Shown here: positions 10,984-20,552 of the stretch, one piece after another
Layout: each line of letters starts with the position of its first letter
How positions within the stretch are numbered: the first letter of the stretch is position 1
Assembly (NCBI GenBank): GCA_963668695.2
Contig: CAXXLQ010000004.1
Span: 1,760,001 to 1,824,000 of the forward strand
DNA: 64,000 bases
Direction of reading: 5' to 3'
From: Vicinamibacteria bacterium
GTDB lineage: Bacteria; Acidobacteriota; Vicinamibacteria; Marinacidobacterales; Marinacidobacteraceae
Notes under the pieces: model-generated
Databases searched by the model: none
What the model was told of the DNA's origin: nothing
What the model saw: the letters and a program-made list of their open reading frames with translations, nothing else
Position numbers and translations under genes: made by a program

Positions 10984-11250
10984 TCAGCGGCTGAGCAGGA
11001 TCCGAACCCCGAGCGCGCCGAGGTCGATCCGGGTCTTGGCCCGCAGGTAGCGCGCGGTGACGGCTTCCGTGTTCAGGCAGAAGGCGAGCGCCGCGTAGAA
11101 CGAGAGTTCGATCAGCAGGTGATTGACGGCGATCACCAGACTGTTCGCAGCGCCCAGCCCGCCCGGGAAGATCGCAATGAGCACGGCCGCCGCGAAGAGA
11201 ACCGCCTTCGGATTGAAGAGGTTGATGAAGAGGCCCTGGCGGAAGGCGTG
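10984..11250 (-). pseudogene. 5'-truncated LysE/RhtB family translocator remnant
   Basis: FRQGLFINLFNPKAVLF motif; no N-terminal half or start codon; C-terminal helix appears shortened. Confidence 0.7.
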
Positions 11251-11276
11251 GCGTGCCGGTTCGGTACGCTGGCGGC

Positions 11277-11771
11277 ATGACGCACGAAGAACTGACCGTC
11301 CTGCTCGACTACCACTACTGGGCTCGCGACCGCCTGCTCGACGCGGTCGATCGACTCGGCGCCGAGGAGTTCCACCGGGACCTCGGGAACAGCTTCGGCT
11401 CCATCCGCGACACCCTCGTCCACCTCGTGTCGGCCGAGTGGATCTGGTGCTCGCGCTGGGAGGGGCAGGGGCCGGGTGCGCACCTGGCGGTGGAGGGCTT
11501 CGGCGCGGTCCCGGACATCCGGGCCCGCTGGAGCGAGGAAGAGCGGCGGGTGCGGGAGTTTGTGGCCCGGCTCGGTGCGGACGGGGTGGACGACGTGATC
11601 GAATACGCGCACGGCGGTCGCTCGCTGCGCGGGGTGTTCTGGCAGATGCTCCAGCACGTCGTGAACCACGCGAGCTATCACCGCGGGCAGGTGACGACGA
11701 TGCTGCGCCAGCTCGGGGCGGAGCCGCCGCCGAGTCAGGATCTGATCACGTTCTATCGGCGGCTCAACTGA
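11277..11771 (+). CDS. DinB/YfiT family protein
   Basis: GSIRDTLVHL..AEWIW and HVVNHASYHRGQV His triad. Confidence 0.9.
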   Translation: MTHEELTVLLDYHYWARDRLLDAVDRLGAEEFHRDLGNSFGSIRDTLVHLVSAEWIWCSRWEGQGPGAHLAVEGFGAVPDIRARWSEEERRVREFVARLGADGVDDVIEYAHGGRSLRGVFWQMLQHVVNHASYHRGQVTTMLRQLGAEPPPSQDLITFYRRLN

Positions 11772-11808
11772 CCGGTAGTGCTCCTGGAAATCTGGGCCTT
11801 GCGGGGCG

Positions 11809-11879
11809 TCAAGATAGTGCTATCTTGAAGAACAATAACCAAAAATACGCTTAGAGAGTCAAAGATAGTGCTATGTTGA
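11809..11879. promoter_or_regulatory. Two palindromic boxes TCAAGATAG-TG-CTATCTTGA
   Basis: Perfect inverted repeat at 11809-11828, near copy at 11862-11879, third copy at 13582-13597. Confidence 0.65.
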
Positions 11880-11883
11880 TCTT

Positions 11884-13524
11884 GTGAGTCAACGCCTCTC
11901 TCTAAGCGAAATTCCGGATCAGCTGTCGGCCAAGGAATTCCGCAGGCTCTTCGGGCGCGTTGAGCACGAGACGCTTGACTTCAAGCGAGGTGTGCCCGGG
12001 GATCTCCTCGACACCATCTCGGCGATGGCAATGACACATGGCGGGCTAATCATCCATGGTGTGGACGATGCCAAGAACATCACAGGGTGTCCCCGGTCGC
12101 AAAACACATTGGACCGGATTAACCGGTTCGCCATGGAGTGCGGGGTCGAGGTTCAGGTGCGCGCCGTCCGGGTCGACGGGCTCGAACTGACCGTCACTGA
12201 GGTTCCTGAGGTTCGGGGACGAATCGTGACCACTCCCAACGGCCGGCTCCTCCGGCGGGTGGGCGGGGACAGCCAACCACTGCGTGGGGACGCCATGGTC
12301 CGTTTCGTCCGTGACCGTGCAGAACATCCTGGCGAAGAAGAGCAGGTGGCTGGGTTTGCGGACTCCGATGTTGATCTTGCGGCGCTTGGGCGGGTACTCG
12401 AGGCTGACGGGCGCGCGCCGGCGGCACGCGGACAGGCGCTTCGGGCTCTCGTTGATCTCGGTGTTGCGCTTCCTCGCGAGCCGTCGTCGGACCCGCACGT
12501 CTTGCGCGCTGCCGCTGTTTTGTTTGCCAAGGACCCGGCCAAATTCGTCCAAGGTGCGGTCGTACAACTAGTTCGTAGAGTAGGAACCGGTCCCGGTCCG
12601 GGACCTTCTATCCACCGGGAGGAGTATTCCGGACCGCTCAGCGACGTTGTAGACCGCTGCGAGAAGTTCGTGGCTCGCCACACGAATCGATACGAAGCGG
12701 TCACTGGTTCCCGTCGTGTGATCCTTCCGGAGTACCCCGCTGCCGCCGTGCGAGAGGCCATCCTCAACGCGCTAGCCCACCGCGACTATGGACTGCCAGG
12801 GGCGACCGTGGACATCACGGTCTGGGATGATCGCCTCGAAGTCCAAAGTCCCGGCCCGCTTCCCGGCCACATTACGGTCAAGAACATGCGGGAGGAGCAC
12901 TACAGTCGAAATCGCCGGATTATGCGAGTGCTGAAGACGATGGGGCTCGTCGAGGAATACGGCGAGGGAGTGGACCGGATGTTCGAGGAGATGGAATCTC
13001 GTCTGATGGAGCCGCCGATCTTCAATGCAACACCAAGCTCGGTCACGGTAACCCTGCGAAATCGGTTCCGGGTCAGGGTGGAAGACCAGATGTGGCTGTC
13101 CCTGCTCGGTCGCGCTGAGTTGACGGTAGCGGAACGCCACGTCTTGGTGGCCGTCCACCGGGAACGAAGTGCGAGCCCGCGGCGATTGCGATCAATGCTG
13201 CCGTGGTACGACATCAAAAGCACCATCCGTGGCGCTGTCGCCAAAGGCCTGCTGGTTCGCGTCGGCGAGCGAGGAGGCTCTCGTTACGAACTCTCCGATG
13301 AAGTCCTGCTTCGGGTGGGCAGCAGGGGCATCGAGGCGCACAGCCGCAAGCGCCAGTTGCTGCTTGACGCGATGGACTCTCGCGGGAGCATTTCCACCGT
13401 AGAAGGCGCGGCGATTTTGCGAGAGGGCGTCCCGGCGGTTCGACAGTTGCTACACGACCTCATCCGATCCGGATTGGTGCGTTCCAGAGGCCGAACCCGG
13501 GGCACCCGCTACTTCCGGACCTGA
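11884..13524 (+). CDS. Schlafen/AlbA_2 domain + RecG-C-like (HATPase_c_4) domain + C-terminal winged helices
   Basis: EHETLDFKR, AMAMTHGGLIIHGVDD, REAILNALAHRDY, SPGPLP, RN..I, EEYGEG; lower GC than flanks. Confidence 0.85.
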   Translation: MSQRLSLSEIPDQLSAKEFRRLFGRVEHETLDFKRGVPGDLLDTISAMAMTHGGLIIHGVDDAKNITGCPRSQNTLDRINRFAMECGVEVQVRAVRVDGLELTVTEVPEVRGRIVTTPNGRLLRRVGGDSQPLRGDAMVRFVRDRAEHPGEEEQVAGFADSDVDLAALGRVLEADGRAPAARGQALRALVDLGVALPREPSSDPHVLRAAAVLFAKDPAKFVQGAVVQLVRRVGTGPGPGPSIHREEYSGPLSDVVDRCEKFVARHTNRYEAVTGSRRVILPEYPAAAVREAILNALAHRDYGLPGATVDITVWDDRLEVQSPGPLPGHITVKNMREEHYSRNRRIMRVLKTMGLVEEYGEGVDRMFEEMESRLMEPPIFNATPSSVTVTLRNRFRVRVEDQMWLSLLGRAELTVAERHVLVAVHRERSASPRRLRSMLPWYDIKSTIRGAVAKGLLVRVGERGGSRYELSDEVLLRVGSRGIEAHSRKRQLLLDAMDSRGSISTVEGAAILREGVPAVRQLLHDLIRSGLVRSRGRTRGTRYFRT

Positions 13525-13876
13525 GCGGTCCGGGGTTGGGGGCGGCAGCAAAGTCGCCGCCGAACCGTTCAATGGACCCATGATAGTTCTATCTTGAGCG
13601 ATCTAAATCCGTTTTGTTCCATTTCAAGTCAAAGTGATGATGATCCAGCGATGGTCCAGTACGGTGTCTGATAGCGCCTGATTGGGCATTCTCGTCGTCG
13701 AACCGCCGATCAAACTGCATTTGTTCGAGGCGCGGTGAGGGCGATGAGCACCTCGCGTTTCGCTCCGGCGAGCGATTGACGCCGGAGTTCCCGCCGTCGC
13801 AAGACATACACCGGGTCAGCGCCCCCGCTATCGTTCGCGCCGCTTCAGCATGGTGAACGATTCGGGCGCAGTGGAC

Positions 13877-14773
13877 ATGCGGTGGCGGCACCGCTTCACC
13901 GTCCTGACCGGCGCCGCGACGCTGCTCCTCATGGGCTGGGGCGCCTTCGTGACGAGCATCGAAGCGGGGCTGGCGGTTCCCGACTGGCCGTCGTCCTACG
14001 ACTCCTACGACCCGTTCAACCCCTGGCCGGGGTGGTGGCGGGTCACGCCGCTCCTGGCCGAACACGGCCACCGGTTGCTGGGCATGCTCACCGGCCTGCT
14101 CACCACCGTGCTGGCGATCTGGACCTGGTTCGCGGAGCGCCGGCGCTGGCTGCGGTGGCTCGCGCTCGGGGCGCTGGCCCTCGTGTCCTTCCAGGGCCTT
14201 CTGGGCGGACTCCGGGTCGTGTGGCTCTCGCTGGATCTGGCCGTGGTCCACGCCTCCGTCGCGCAGCTCTTCCTCGGCCTGGTCGTCGCGATGGCGCTCT
14301 TCACTTCGAGAGGGTGGTTGACGGCAAACGCCTTGACGGACGAAACCCGGGACGACCGCCTGTGGCGGCTCGCGCTCGCGGTCCCCGGCGCCGTCTGGCT
14401 CCAGATCATCCTCGGCGCCCTGCTCCGCCATCCGGGCACCGGCATCCATCCCGTGCTCGCGGGGTTCCACATCGGCGGGGCGATTCTCGTCGCGGTCGCG
14501 GTGGCGGCGTTCCTCTACCGGGTCTGGAACGACTTTCAGGAGGTGCGCGTGCTCTACCGAACCGCCTGGCTCCTCGCGATCCTGGTGGACGTCCAACTGA
14601 TTCTCGGGCTGACCGCCTACTTCGTCACTCTCGATGATGCCGGGATGCTCCAGCCGAGCAACCTGCAGGTGGGGGTGAACACCTCGCACGCGGTCATCGG
14701 CGCGCTGCTCATGGCCGGCTCCGTGCTTGCCGTTCTCGCCACCCACCGCTGGGGCCGGAGAGCCACGACGTGA
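13877..14773 (+). CDS. ctaA: Heme A synthase (COX15/CtaA)
   Basis: AGLAVPDWP, EHGHR, QGLLGG, conserved His residues, multiple TM helices. Confidence 0.88.
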   Translation: MRWRHRFTVLTGAATLLLMGWGAFVTSIEAGLAVPDWPSSYDSYDPFNPWPGWWRVTPLLAEHGHRLLGMLTGLLTTVLAIWTWFAERRRWLRWLALGALALVSFQGLLGGLRVVWLSLDLAVVHASVAQLFLGLVVAMALFTSRGWLTANALTDETRDDRLWRLALAVPGAVWLQIILGALLRHPGTGIHPVLAGFHIGGAILVAVAVAAFLYRVWNDFQEVRVLYRTAWLLAILVDVQLILGLTAYFVTLDDAGMLQPSNLQVGVNTSHAVIGALLMAGSVLAVLATHRWGRRATT

Positions 14774-15639
14774 CCCTTACTCCCTACCTCGAACTCACGA
14801 AGCCCGAGATCGCGCTGGTCGTCGCACTGTCGTCGGCCGGAGGATTCCTGCTGGCGCCCGCGGAGTTCTTCGGCTGGGGCCGGCTCCTCCTCCTGCTCGT
14901 CGGCATCACGCTGGCCAGCGGCGGCGCCGGCGCCCTGAACCACTGGGTCGAACGGGATCACGATGCCGGCATGCGCCGGACGAGGGGGCGCCCGCTGCCG
15001 TCGGGACGCCTCTCACCACCGGCGGCGTTTGTCTGCGGAATCGGGCTCGCGGCGGCGGGTACCGGGGTGCTCACCCTGTTCGTCAACGCCCTGACCGGGG
15101 GGCTGACGCTCCTTACCGTCCTCCTCTACGTGTTCGTTTACACGCCCCTCAAGCGCCGTACCCACTGGAACACGCTGGTCGGGACGGTTCCGGGCGCGCT
15201 CCCGGCGCTTTGCGGCTGGACCGCGGCCACCGGGTCCGTCGGCTGGGGCGGCATCGCGATCTTCTCCATTCTCGCGGCCTGGCAGATGGCGCACTTCCTG
15301 CCGCTCGCCTGGATGTACCGCGAGGACTACGGGCAGGGGGGCTTCGTGATGCTCCCGGCGGTGGATCCCTCGGGACGCTCGACGGTGCGGCAGACCCTGT
15401 TCTTCACCGTGCTGCTCGCCGGCCTGAGCCTCTGGCCGGTCGCGCTGTCGCTGGTGGGATGGCCCTACTTCGTCGGCGCCGCCGCCCTCGCGGTCTGGTT
15501 CATGACCGCGGCCGCCGAGTTCTGCTGGAGCCGGGCGGTCCCCGACGCGCGGCGGGTGTTGCGGGTGTCCATCGGCTACGTACCGGCGCTGATCCTGGTG
15601 CTGGCGGTGGACCGGGTGGTGCTGGGCGGGCTTTTCTGA
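14770..15639 (+). CDS. cyoE: Protoheme IX farnesyltransferase (heme O synthase)
   Basis: LTKPEI, D..M.RT..RPLPSG, YTPLKR, WQMAHF, YREDY. Confidence 0.93.
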   Translation: MTLTPYLELTKPEIALVVALSSAGGFLLAPAEFFGWGRLLLLLVGITLASGGAGALNHWVERDHDAGMRRTRGRPLPSGRLSPPAAFVCGIGLAAAGTGVLTLFVNALTGGLTLLTVLLYVFVYTPLKRRTHWNTLVGTVPGALPALCGWTAATGSVGWGGIAIFSILAAWQMAHFLPLAWMYREDYGQGGFVMLPAVDPSGRSTVRQTLFFTVLLAGLSLWPVALSLVGWPYFVGAAALAVWFMTAAAEFCWSRAVPDARRVLRVSIGYVPALILVLAVDRVVLGGLF

Positions 15640-15664
15640 AGGGCCGTCCCCTCGCTCCAGAACC

Positions 15665-15697
15665 AGGCTGATTCAAGATTCAACCTTGAATCAGCCT
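15665..15697. terminator. 13-bp perfect hairpin between convergent genes
   Basis: aggctgattcaag-N7-cttgaatcagcct; no U-tract, so it may instead be a collapsed mini-element. Confidence 0.4.
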
Positions 15698-15942
15698 ACA
15701 AGCGCCGTGAGGGTGAGAGGCAGGGCGCCTTTCACCGCCCTGCGGGCAGTGGTGCCGACCTGGAGGTCGGCCCAGTTCTCCCGGTGGGGGCTCCCGTGCC
15801 TGCGCGCCATTCTGCGGAGCGGCACTGCGCCATCCCCGCCGGTGCGCCACCTGCTTCCGTAGCGATTTGCGGTTTCGCTGGCCTGCGGCGAGCGGTGCCG
15901 GTGTGAAGCCCCCACCGGGAGAACTGGCCGGCGCTCCCTGAC

Positions 15943-16677
15943 CTACGCCAGCTCCGCCGTCACCGCTTCCGCCATTTCGCCCAGGGTGAAGAAGGTGAAG
16001 TCGATCTTCGGCATCGCCTCCACCCGCGCGGTCGCGCCCCAGCTCCCGCCTTCCGAGAGCCGCTGGCGGTCGATCCAGGCGCTCGCGAGCCCGAACCGGT
16101 TCGCCGGGACGTGGTCGTGGTGGAGGCTCTGCGCGGTGTGGAGGACGTCGGACCGGTCGAGCCCGAAGTCGGACTTCAGATGCGCGAGCAGGTACCTGAA
16201 GTTCGCGTTCGCCGGCTTGTAGGAGCCGATGTCCTCGGCGGTGTAGCAGGCGTCGAACTCCACCCCGAGCTTCCCCGCCGACGCCGCGATGCCGGCCTGG
16301 TGCACGTTCGAGAGGATGACGAGCCGGAAGCGGCGCTTCAGGACTCCGAGCGCCGCGGCGCTGTCGGCAAATGCCGGCCAGTCCGGCACCGACTCGCCGA
16401 AGGCCGCATCCAGTGCGGGATCCGTCCTCAGGCCAAGACTCGCCGCGACGTCACTATGCACGCGGGCGAGGAGATCCGGGTAACGGAGCCCCGGCATGGC
16501 GCGCTCGCGCTCCCCCTCGAAGCGCGCGAAGGCGCGGAGCGCGTCGCCCGGGGGTACTCCCATGGCGCCGTTCTCCACCAGCAGCGGCTGGAACGCCCGC
16601 CAGATCCCGGCCTCCCAGTCGATCAGGGTGCCGTAGCAGTCGAAGGTCAGGACCCGGTAGTCGGTCAGACGCTTCAT
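15943..16677 (-). CDS. HAD-superfamily hydrolase (haloacid dehalogenase type II-like)
   Basis: FDCYGTLIDW, LSNV, SYKP, AQSLHHD motifs. Confidence 0.9.
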   Translation of the reverse strand: MKRLTDYRVLTFDCYGTLIDWEAGIWRAFQPLLVENGAMGVPPGDALRAFARFEGERERAMPGLRYPDLLARVHSDVAASLGLRTDPALDAAFGESVPDWPAFADSAAALGVLKRRFRLVILSNVHQAGIAASAGKLGVEFDACYTAEDIGSYKPANANFRYLLAHLKSDFGLDRSDVLHTAQSLHHDHVPANRFGLASAWIDRQRLSEGGSWGATARVEAMPKIDFTFFTLGEMAEAVTAELA

Positions 16678-16716
16678 CTCGTCGGCCGGCGACCGTATCG
16701 GAAGTCCCACAGACTG

Positions 16717-19110
16717 TTAACCCGGGACCCAGTACCAGGTGAGCTTCCCGAGGAGCTCCCGGTAGGCCGGCTCCGAGCTTTCCATCCCGAAGGGCCGGCG
16801 CTCGTTGTAGACCACGTAGACGTCGCTGCCCGGGCGGTAGTTCCAGCGGAGCTGGACGTTCCCGGAGAAGTTGTTGTCGTCGTCGTTCCATTGCAGGAGC
16901 CCGCGCACGAAGGCGTCCGGCGACAGCGCCAGCAGCCCCCGCAGCACCACCAGGTTCGTGTTGAAGTCGCCGTTCTCCTGGGGGAGACGGATCTCGCTCC
17001 GCGAGTAGTTCACCTGGAGCCGCACCCGGGGATGCGGCTTGACCGCCACCCCCGGCGAGTACACCCGGAGCCGGCCGTCGAAGAACCCGTTGTTCAGGTG
17101 GAACATCTGGAACGAGAGCGGGCGGCTCTCCGAGGTGTTGACCATCCCCATGAAGTCGTTCGTCGTGTACTGGCCTTCGTCGATTTCCACCCCGTCGCGA
17201 AGTTCGAACGACTCGCTCAGGCCTTCGGTATTCCGCGAGACCGCGAAGAAGAGATGGCTGCCGTCGTTGAAGAGGAAGAACGGCCCGAAGCCGATGTTCT
17301 CGGTCTGGATCGAGCCGTCGGGCTCGGTGATGCGAATCAGGTTGGGGCCCATGAAGATCTGCCGGATCCCGAAGCGGCCGATCCGCGGGCTCCACATCCC
17401 GTCCACCCGGAGCTTCTTCACCCCGGTCCGCGGCACGAACCCCATCTCCGAACGGAATCCCTCGCCGATGTCGGTGTAGTTCGTGAAGAGGTTCCAGCGG
17501 TCGTTCCCCACCTGCCCGTTCAGCCCGAACGCCGAGTCGCGCCCCTCGACGCCCGGCGTCGAACTCCGGGCCGCGAATCCGCCAATCGTCAGCGCCCCGG
17601 TAGGCGCCCAGGAGAAGTCGGCGGCGCCCAGCCGGTGCGAGTCGCCGCCGGCCTCGGTCCGATCGAGCGCCATTACGCCCACCGAACTCCGCCCCAGCAC
17701 GTCGCGCCGGAGGCGCACCGCCGAGAACCCGGTGGCGGGCGACACCCCGTCGAACTCCTGCTGGCGGATGTGGAAGGCGCCGACATCGGTCCGCCCCAGC
17801 TTGCCGGTGATGCGCGCCCCGCCGACGATGGGAATGATCTCGCCGTCTTCGGAGAGCCCGATCCGGCGGCTGAAGAACAGGAAGGTCTCCGGCGGTTCGA
17901 ACGGCCGGCTGGCTTCGCCCACCTGGAAGAGCCCGGCGTTTTCGAGGAAGAACTCGCGCTGCTCGGGGAAGAAGAGCTCGAAGCGGGTCAGGTTCACCTG
18001 CTGCTCGTCGGCCTCCACCTGCGCGAAGTCGGTGTTCACCGTCACGTCCAGGTTCAGGTTGGACCCGAGCCCCACCTTGGCGTCGAGCCCGAGGTCGGCG
18101 GTCCCCGCGCGGTCCTCGCCCTCGCCGGTGACCCCGGCAACTCCGAAGGGCTTCAGCTTGATGCGGCCGCCGGGGTCGGCGCTGTCGATCCCGCGGAGCA
18201 CCCCGTAGGCGGAGATCCGCCACATCGCGTTGAATCCCCAGTCGTTGTCGATCGCGGCCCAGTAGCTCTGCTCGCGGCTGCGCGCCACCTGGCGGCCGAA
18301 GTTGACCCCGAACTCGGGGGTGCCGCTCGGGAACCGGAGCGTCTCGAAGGGGATGATCATCTCGGTGACCCAGCCGCCCTCGGTCCGCCGCGATCCCACC
18401 CGCCAGACGCCGTCCCACTCGAGGTTGAGCACCGCGCCCTCGCCCTGGATGAGTCCGTCCTGGCGGGTCCCCACCGCGTTGGTGGTGAAGAAGAAGGCGC
18501 TCCGGTGGTCGTGGTAGGTGTCGAGCACCACCATGAAGTTGTCGTCGCTCTCCAGGTTGGCGTCGCGCCGGTATTCGCGGGCGACCACCGCGTCCGGGTC
18601 GTCGTCCTCGAGGCGGGCGCCGATCAGCAGCGCGTCCCGCGTGTAGGCGACGAGCACCTCGGTGGCGAAGGTGGGCTCCGCACCCTCCACCGGTTCGCTC
18701 TGGATGAATCCGCCGGCCACCGCCGCGTTCGCCCAGACTTCCTCGTCAAGCCAGCCGTCGGCCACCGGCAGCTCGTCCACGAGCGGCGCGTCGAGCACCC
18801 GTTCGTGCCCCTCCTGGGCGGAGGCGTGGCCCGCCGCGAGGACGAGTGCTAGCAGTCCGCAGACCAAGTGGCGTGAGCGCCGAGAGCGGCCAGTCTCCCG
18901 GTGGGGGCGAGGCGCCCGGCTGACAAGGCGCGCGAGGGAGGAATACCGTGTGTCTTTCGACCGAAGCGCAACGATGAGCGAAGCGTAGCGCCGTTTCTCC
19001 CGGTGGGGGGGCGGTTCAGGCGGGATGGATCGCCGCTCGAACGCCGCGCGACTTGGTCCGCGGGCTGCTCGGATTGCTACTCCTCGAGCGCGAACTCGAA
19101 AACCATCCAT
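16717..19110 (-). CDS. CBM9-like/DUF5916 outer-membrane protein; N-terminus interrupted in frame by a MITE-like element
   Basis: DGWLDEEVW, WDGVW, NTDFAQVEAD, FFPEQREFFLEN, FFSRRIG; start codon uncertain. Confidence 0.8.
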   Translation of the reverse strand: MDGFRVRARGVAIRAARGPSRAAFERRSIPPEPPPHREKRRYASLIVALRSKDTRYSSLARLVSRAPRPHRETGRSRRSRHLVCGLLALVLAAGHASAQEGHERVLDAPLVDELPVADGWLDEEVWANAAVAGGFIQSEPVEGAEPTFATEVLVAYTRDALLIGARLEDDDPDAVVAREYRRDANLESDDNFMVVLDTYHDHRSAFFFTTNAVGTRQDGLIQGEGAVLNLEWDGVWRVGSRRTEGGWVTEMIIPFETLRFPSGTPEFGVNFGRQVARSREQSYWAAIDNDWGFNAMWRISAYGVLRGIDSADPGGRIKLKPFGVAGVTGEGEDRAGTADLGLDAKVGLGSNLNLDVTVNTDFAQVEADEQQVNLTRFELFFPEQREFFLENAGLFQVGEASRPFEPPETFLFFSRRIGLSEDGEIIPIVGGARITGKLGRTDVGAFHIRQQEFDGVSPATGFSAVRLRRDVLGRSSVGVMALDRTEAGGDSHRLGAADFSWAPTGALTIGGFAARSSTPGVEGRDSAFGLNGQVGNDRWNLFTNYTDIGEGFRSEMGFVPRTGVKKLRVDGMWSPRIGRFGIRQIFMGPNLIRITEPDGSIQTENIGFGPFFLFNDGSHLFFAVSRNTEGLSESFELRDGVEIDEGQYTTNDFMGMVNTSESRPLSFQMFHLNNGFFDGRLRVYSPGVAVKPHPRVRLQVNYSRSEIRLPQENGDFNTNLVVLRGLLALSPDAFVRGLLQWNDDDNNFSGNVQLRWNYRPGSDVYVVYNERRPFGMESSEPAYRELLGKLTWYWVPG
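18852..19068 (+). mobile_element. MITE-like structured element, copy 1 (in frame in the DUF5916 gene)
   Basis: Ends gcagtccgcagaccaagt / acttggtccgcgggctgc; core GACAAGGCGCGCGAGGGAGGAATAC...CGACCGAAGCGCAACG. Confidence 0.8.
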
Positions 19111-19760
19111 GAGACGGAAACGAAGGCGACCGCGGACAGGATCAGGAAGCGCGCCGCGTCCCAGACCGGCTCGCCCGCCATCGCCGCCCGCATGCCGGAC
19201 ACGCCGGCGATCAGCAGCGGCGCCGAGAGGGGGAAGAGCAGCAGCGGCAGCAGCACCTCGCGCACCGGGGTCGCGGCGCAGATGGCTGCCACCGTGACGC
19301 CGAGAGCCATGAATCCGAGAGAGCCGCACAGAAGAATCGCACCGAGGGTTAGCAGACCATTTACGGTCTGGCCCCCCAAAAGGTTCGCCCGGAAAAAGAA
19401 CTGGTAGAGCGCCACCACCGGGATCTCGACCGCGAGCAGGAGGAGCGTCCCCGAGCCCAGCTTCCCGAAGTAGATGGCCGACCGGTCCACGGGTCCGAGC
19501 ATCAGCCCGTGGATCGCCATCGATTCGGTTTCGGGGGCGAAGCTGCGGTAGAGGCCGAGGGTGCCGGCGAAGAGGAAGGCGGCCTGGAGCACCCCGGGGG
19601 CAAGGTCGTGCCGGTCCGCCGAATCGAGCCCGATGGCGAAGTGCATGACGAGCAGCACGAGCGCCGCGAAGAGGAACATGGCCGGCAGCCGTTCGCGCGA
19701 GCGGGCTTCGCTCAGCAGGTCCTTCCCCGCGATGGCCATCCCCGCGCGGAACGTGGTCAC
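19077..19760 (-). CDS. ccmB: Heme exporter protein CcmB
   Basis: KDLLSEARS, IYFGK, REVLLPLLLFPL; 6 TM helices; follows ccmA. Confidence 0.9.
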   Translation of the reverse strand: MTTFRAGMAIAGKDLLSEARSRERLPAMFLFAALVLLVMHFAIGLDSADRHDLAPGVLQAAFLFAGTLGLYRSFAPETESMAIHGLMLGPVDRSAIYFGKLGSGTLLLLAVEIPVVALYQFFFRANLLGGQTVNGLLTLGAILLCGSLGFMALGVTVAAICAATPVREVLLPLLLFPLSAPLLIAGVSGMRAAMAGEPVWDAARFLILSAVAFVSVSWMVFEFALEE

Positions 19761-20536
19761 GAGGCGGACCTCTTGTTTCGGCCGGCGGCCTGGGTGTTTC
19801 GGCCGGCGGCTTGGGTATTCCGCCCCTCGGCTGCGGCGTCCCGGCCGGCGGCCGCGGCGTCGTAGGTCCGCCGGACGGCCTGCGGGTCGGCCGCCGGATC
19901 ATCGAGGACCACCCGGCCGCGCTGGAGGACCAGCGCCCGGTCGGCGAGCGCGACCGCCCGGCCCACGCCGTGGGTGGCGAAGAGCACCGCCGCCCCGCGC
20001 TCGCGGGCCGCGCGCACCATCCCGGTGAGCCGGTCCCGCGCCGCGCCGTCGAGCCCGGCGAACGGTTCGTCGAGAAGCAGCAGGTCCGGTTCGTGGAGAA
20101 GGGCGCGGGCGAGCGTCGCCCGCTGCGCCGTCCCCCGCGAGAGGTGGCGCGCCGGGACGTCGGCGACCGCGGCGAGGCCGTGCGTCTCCAGCAGGGCGCC
20201 GATGTCCGTCCGGGCCCCGTGGAGCCGGCGGTGGAAGCGCAGGTTCTCCCGGACCGTCAGTTCCGGGTAGAGGAGCGACTGGTGGGAGGCGAACCCGATC
20301 CAGCCGCGCGCCGCCGGGACCGCGTGCTTCAGTTCCACCCCGCGGTAGCGGAGGGTTCCCGACGACGGGCGTGCCAGGGTGGCGGCCATCCGGATCAGCG
20401 TGGTCTTCCCCGCGCCGTTCGGCCCGAGGAGAGCGACGATCTCCCCGGCGGCCACCGTGAGGCTCACCTCGTCCACCACCGGGACCTCCCGGTAGCGCCG
20501 GGTGACGCGGTCGGCCTCGAAGAGGGGGGCGGACAC
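19757..20536 (-). CDS. ccmA: Heme ABC exporter ATP-binding protein CcmA
   Basis: GPNGAGKTT, LSRG signature, LLLDEPF; ccm context. Confidence 0.88.
   Translation of the reverse strand: MSAPLFEADRVTRRYREVPVVDEVSLTVAAGEIVALLGPNGAGKTTLIRMAATLARPSSGTLRYRGVELKHAVPAARGWIGFASHQSLLYPELTVRENLRFHRRLHGARTDIGALLETHGLAAVADVPARHLSRGTAQRATLARALLHEPDLLLLDEPFAGLDGAARDRLTGMVRAARERGAAVLFATHGVGRAVALADRALVLQRGRVVLDDPAADPQAVRRTYDAAAAGRDAAAEGRNTQAAGRNTQAAGRNKRSAS
19776..19830. repeat. 21-bp tandem repeat in the ccmA C-terminus (AAGRNTQ)
   Basis: gtttcggccggcggc(c/t)tgggt x2 plus a degenerate copy. Confidence 0.7.
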
Positions 20537-20552
20537 GGCGTCTTCCGGCCTA

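Noticed and set aside
13589-13810. Low-GC minus-strand ORF tail after the AlbA_2 gene
   Set aside because: No recognisable motif in any frame; a gene call cannot be supported.
16111-18852. Long antisense ORFs (913 aa here, and similar ones elsewhere)
   Set aside because: Antisense shadows of real high-GC genes, with no domain motifs.
19110-19902. 1061-aa ORF extension upstream of the DUF5916 gene
   Set aside because: It overlaps ccmB/ccmA in another frame; an open frame is expected at high GC.
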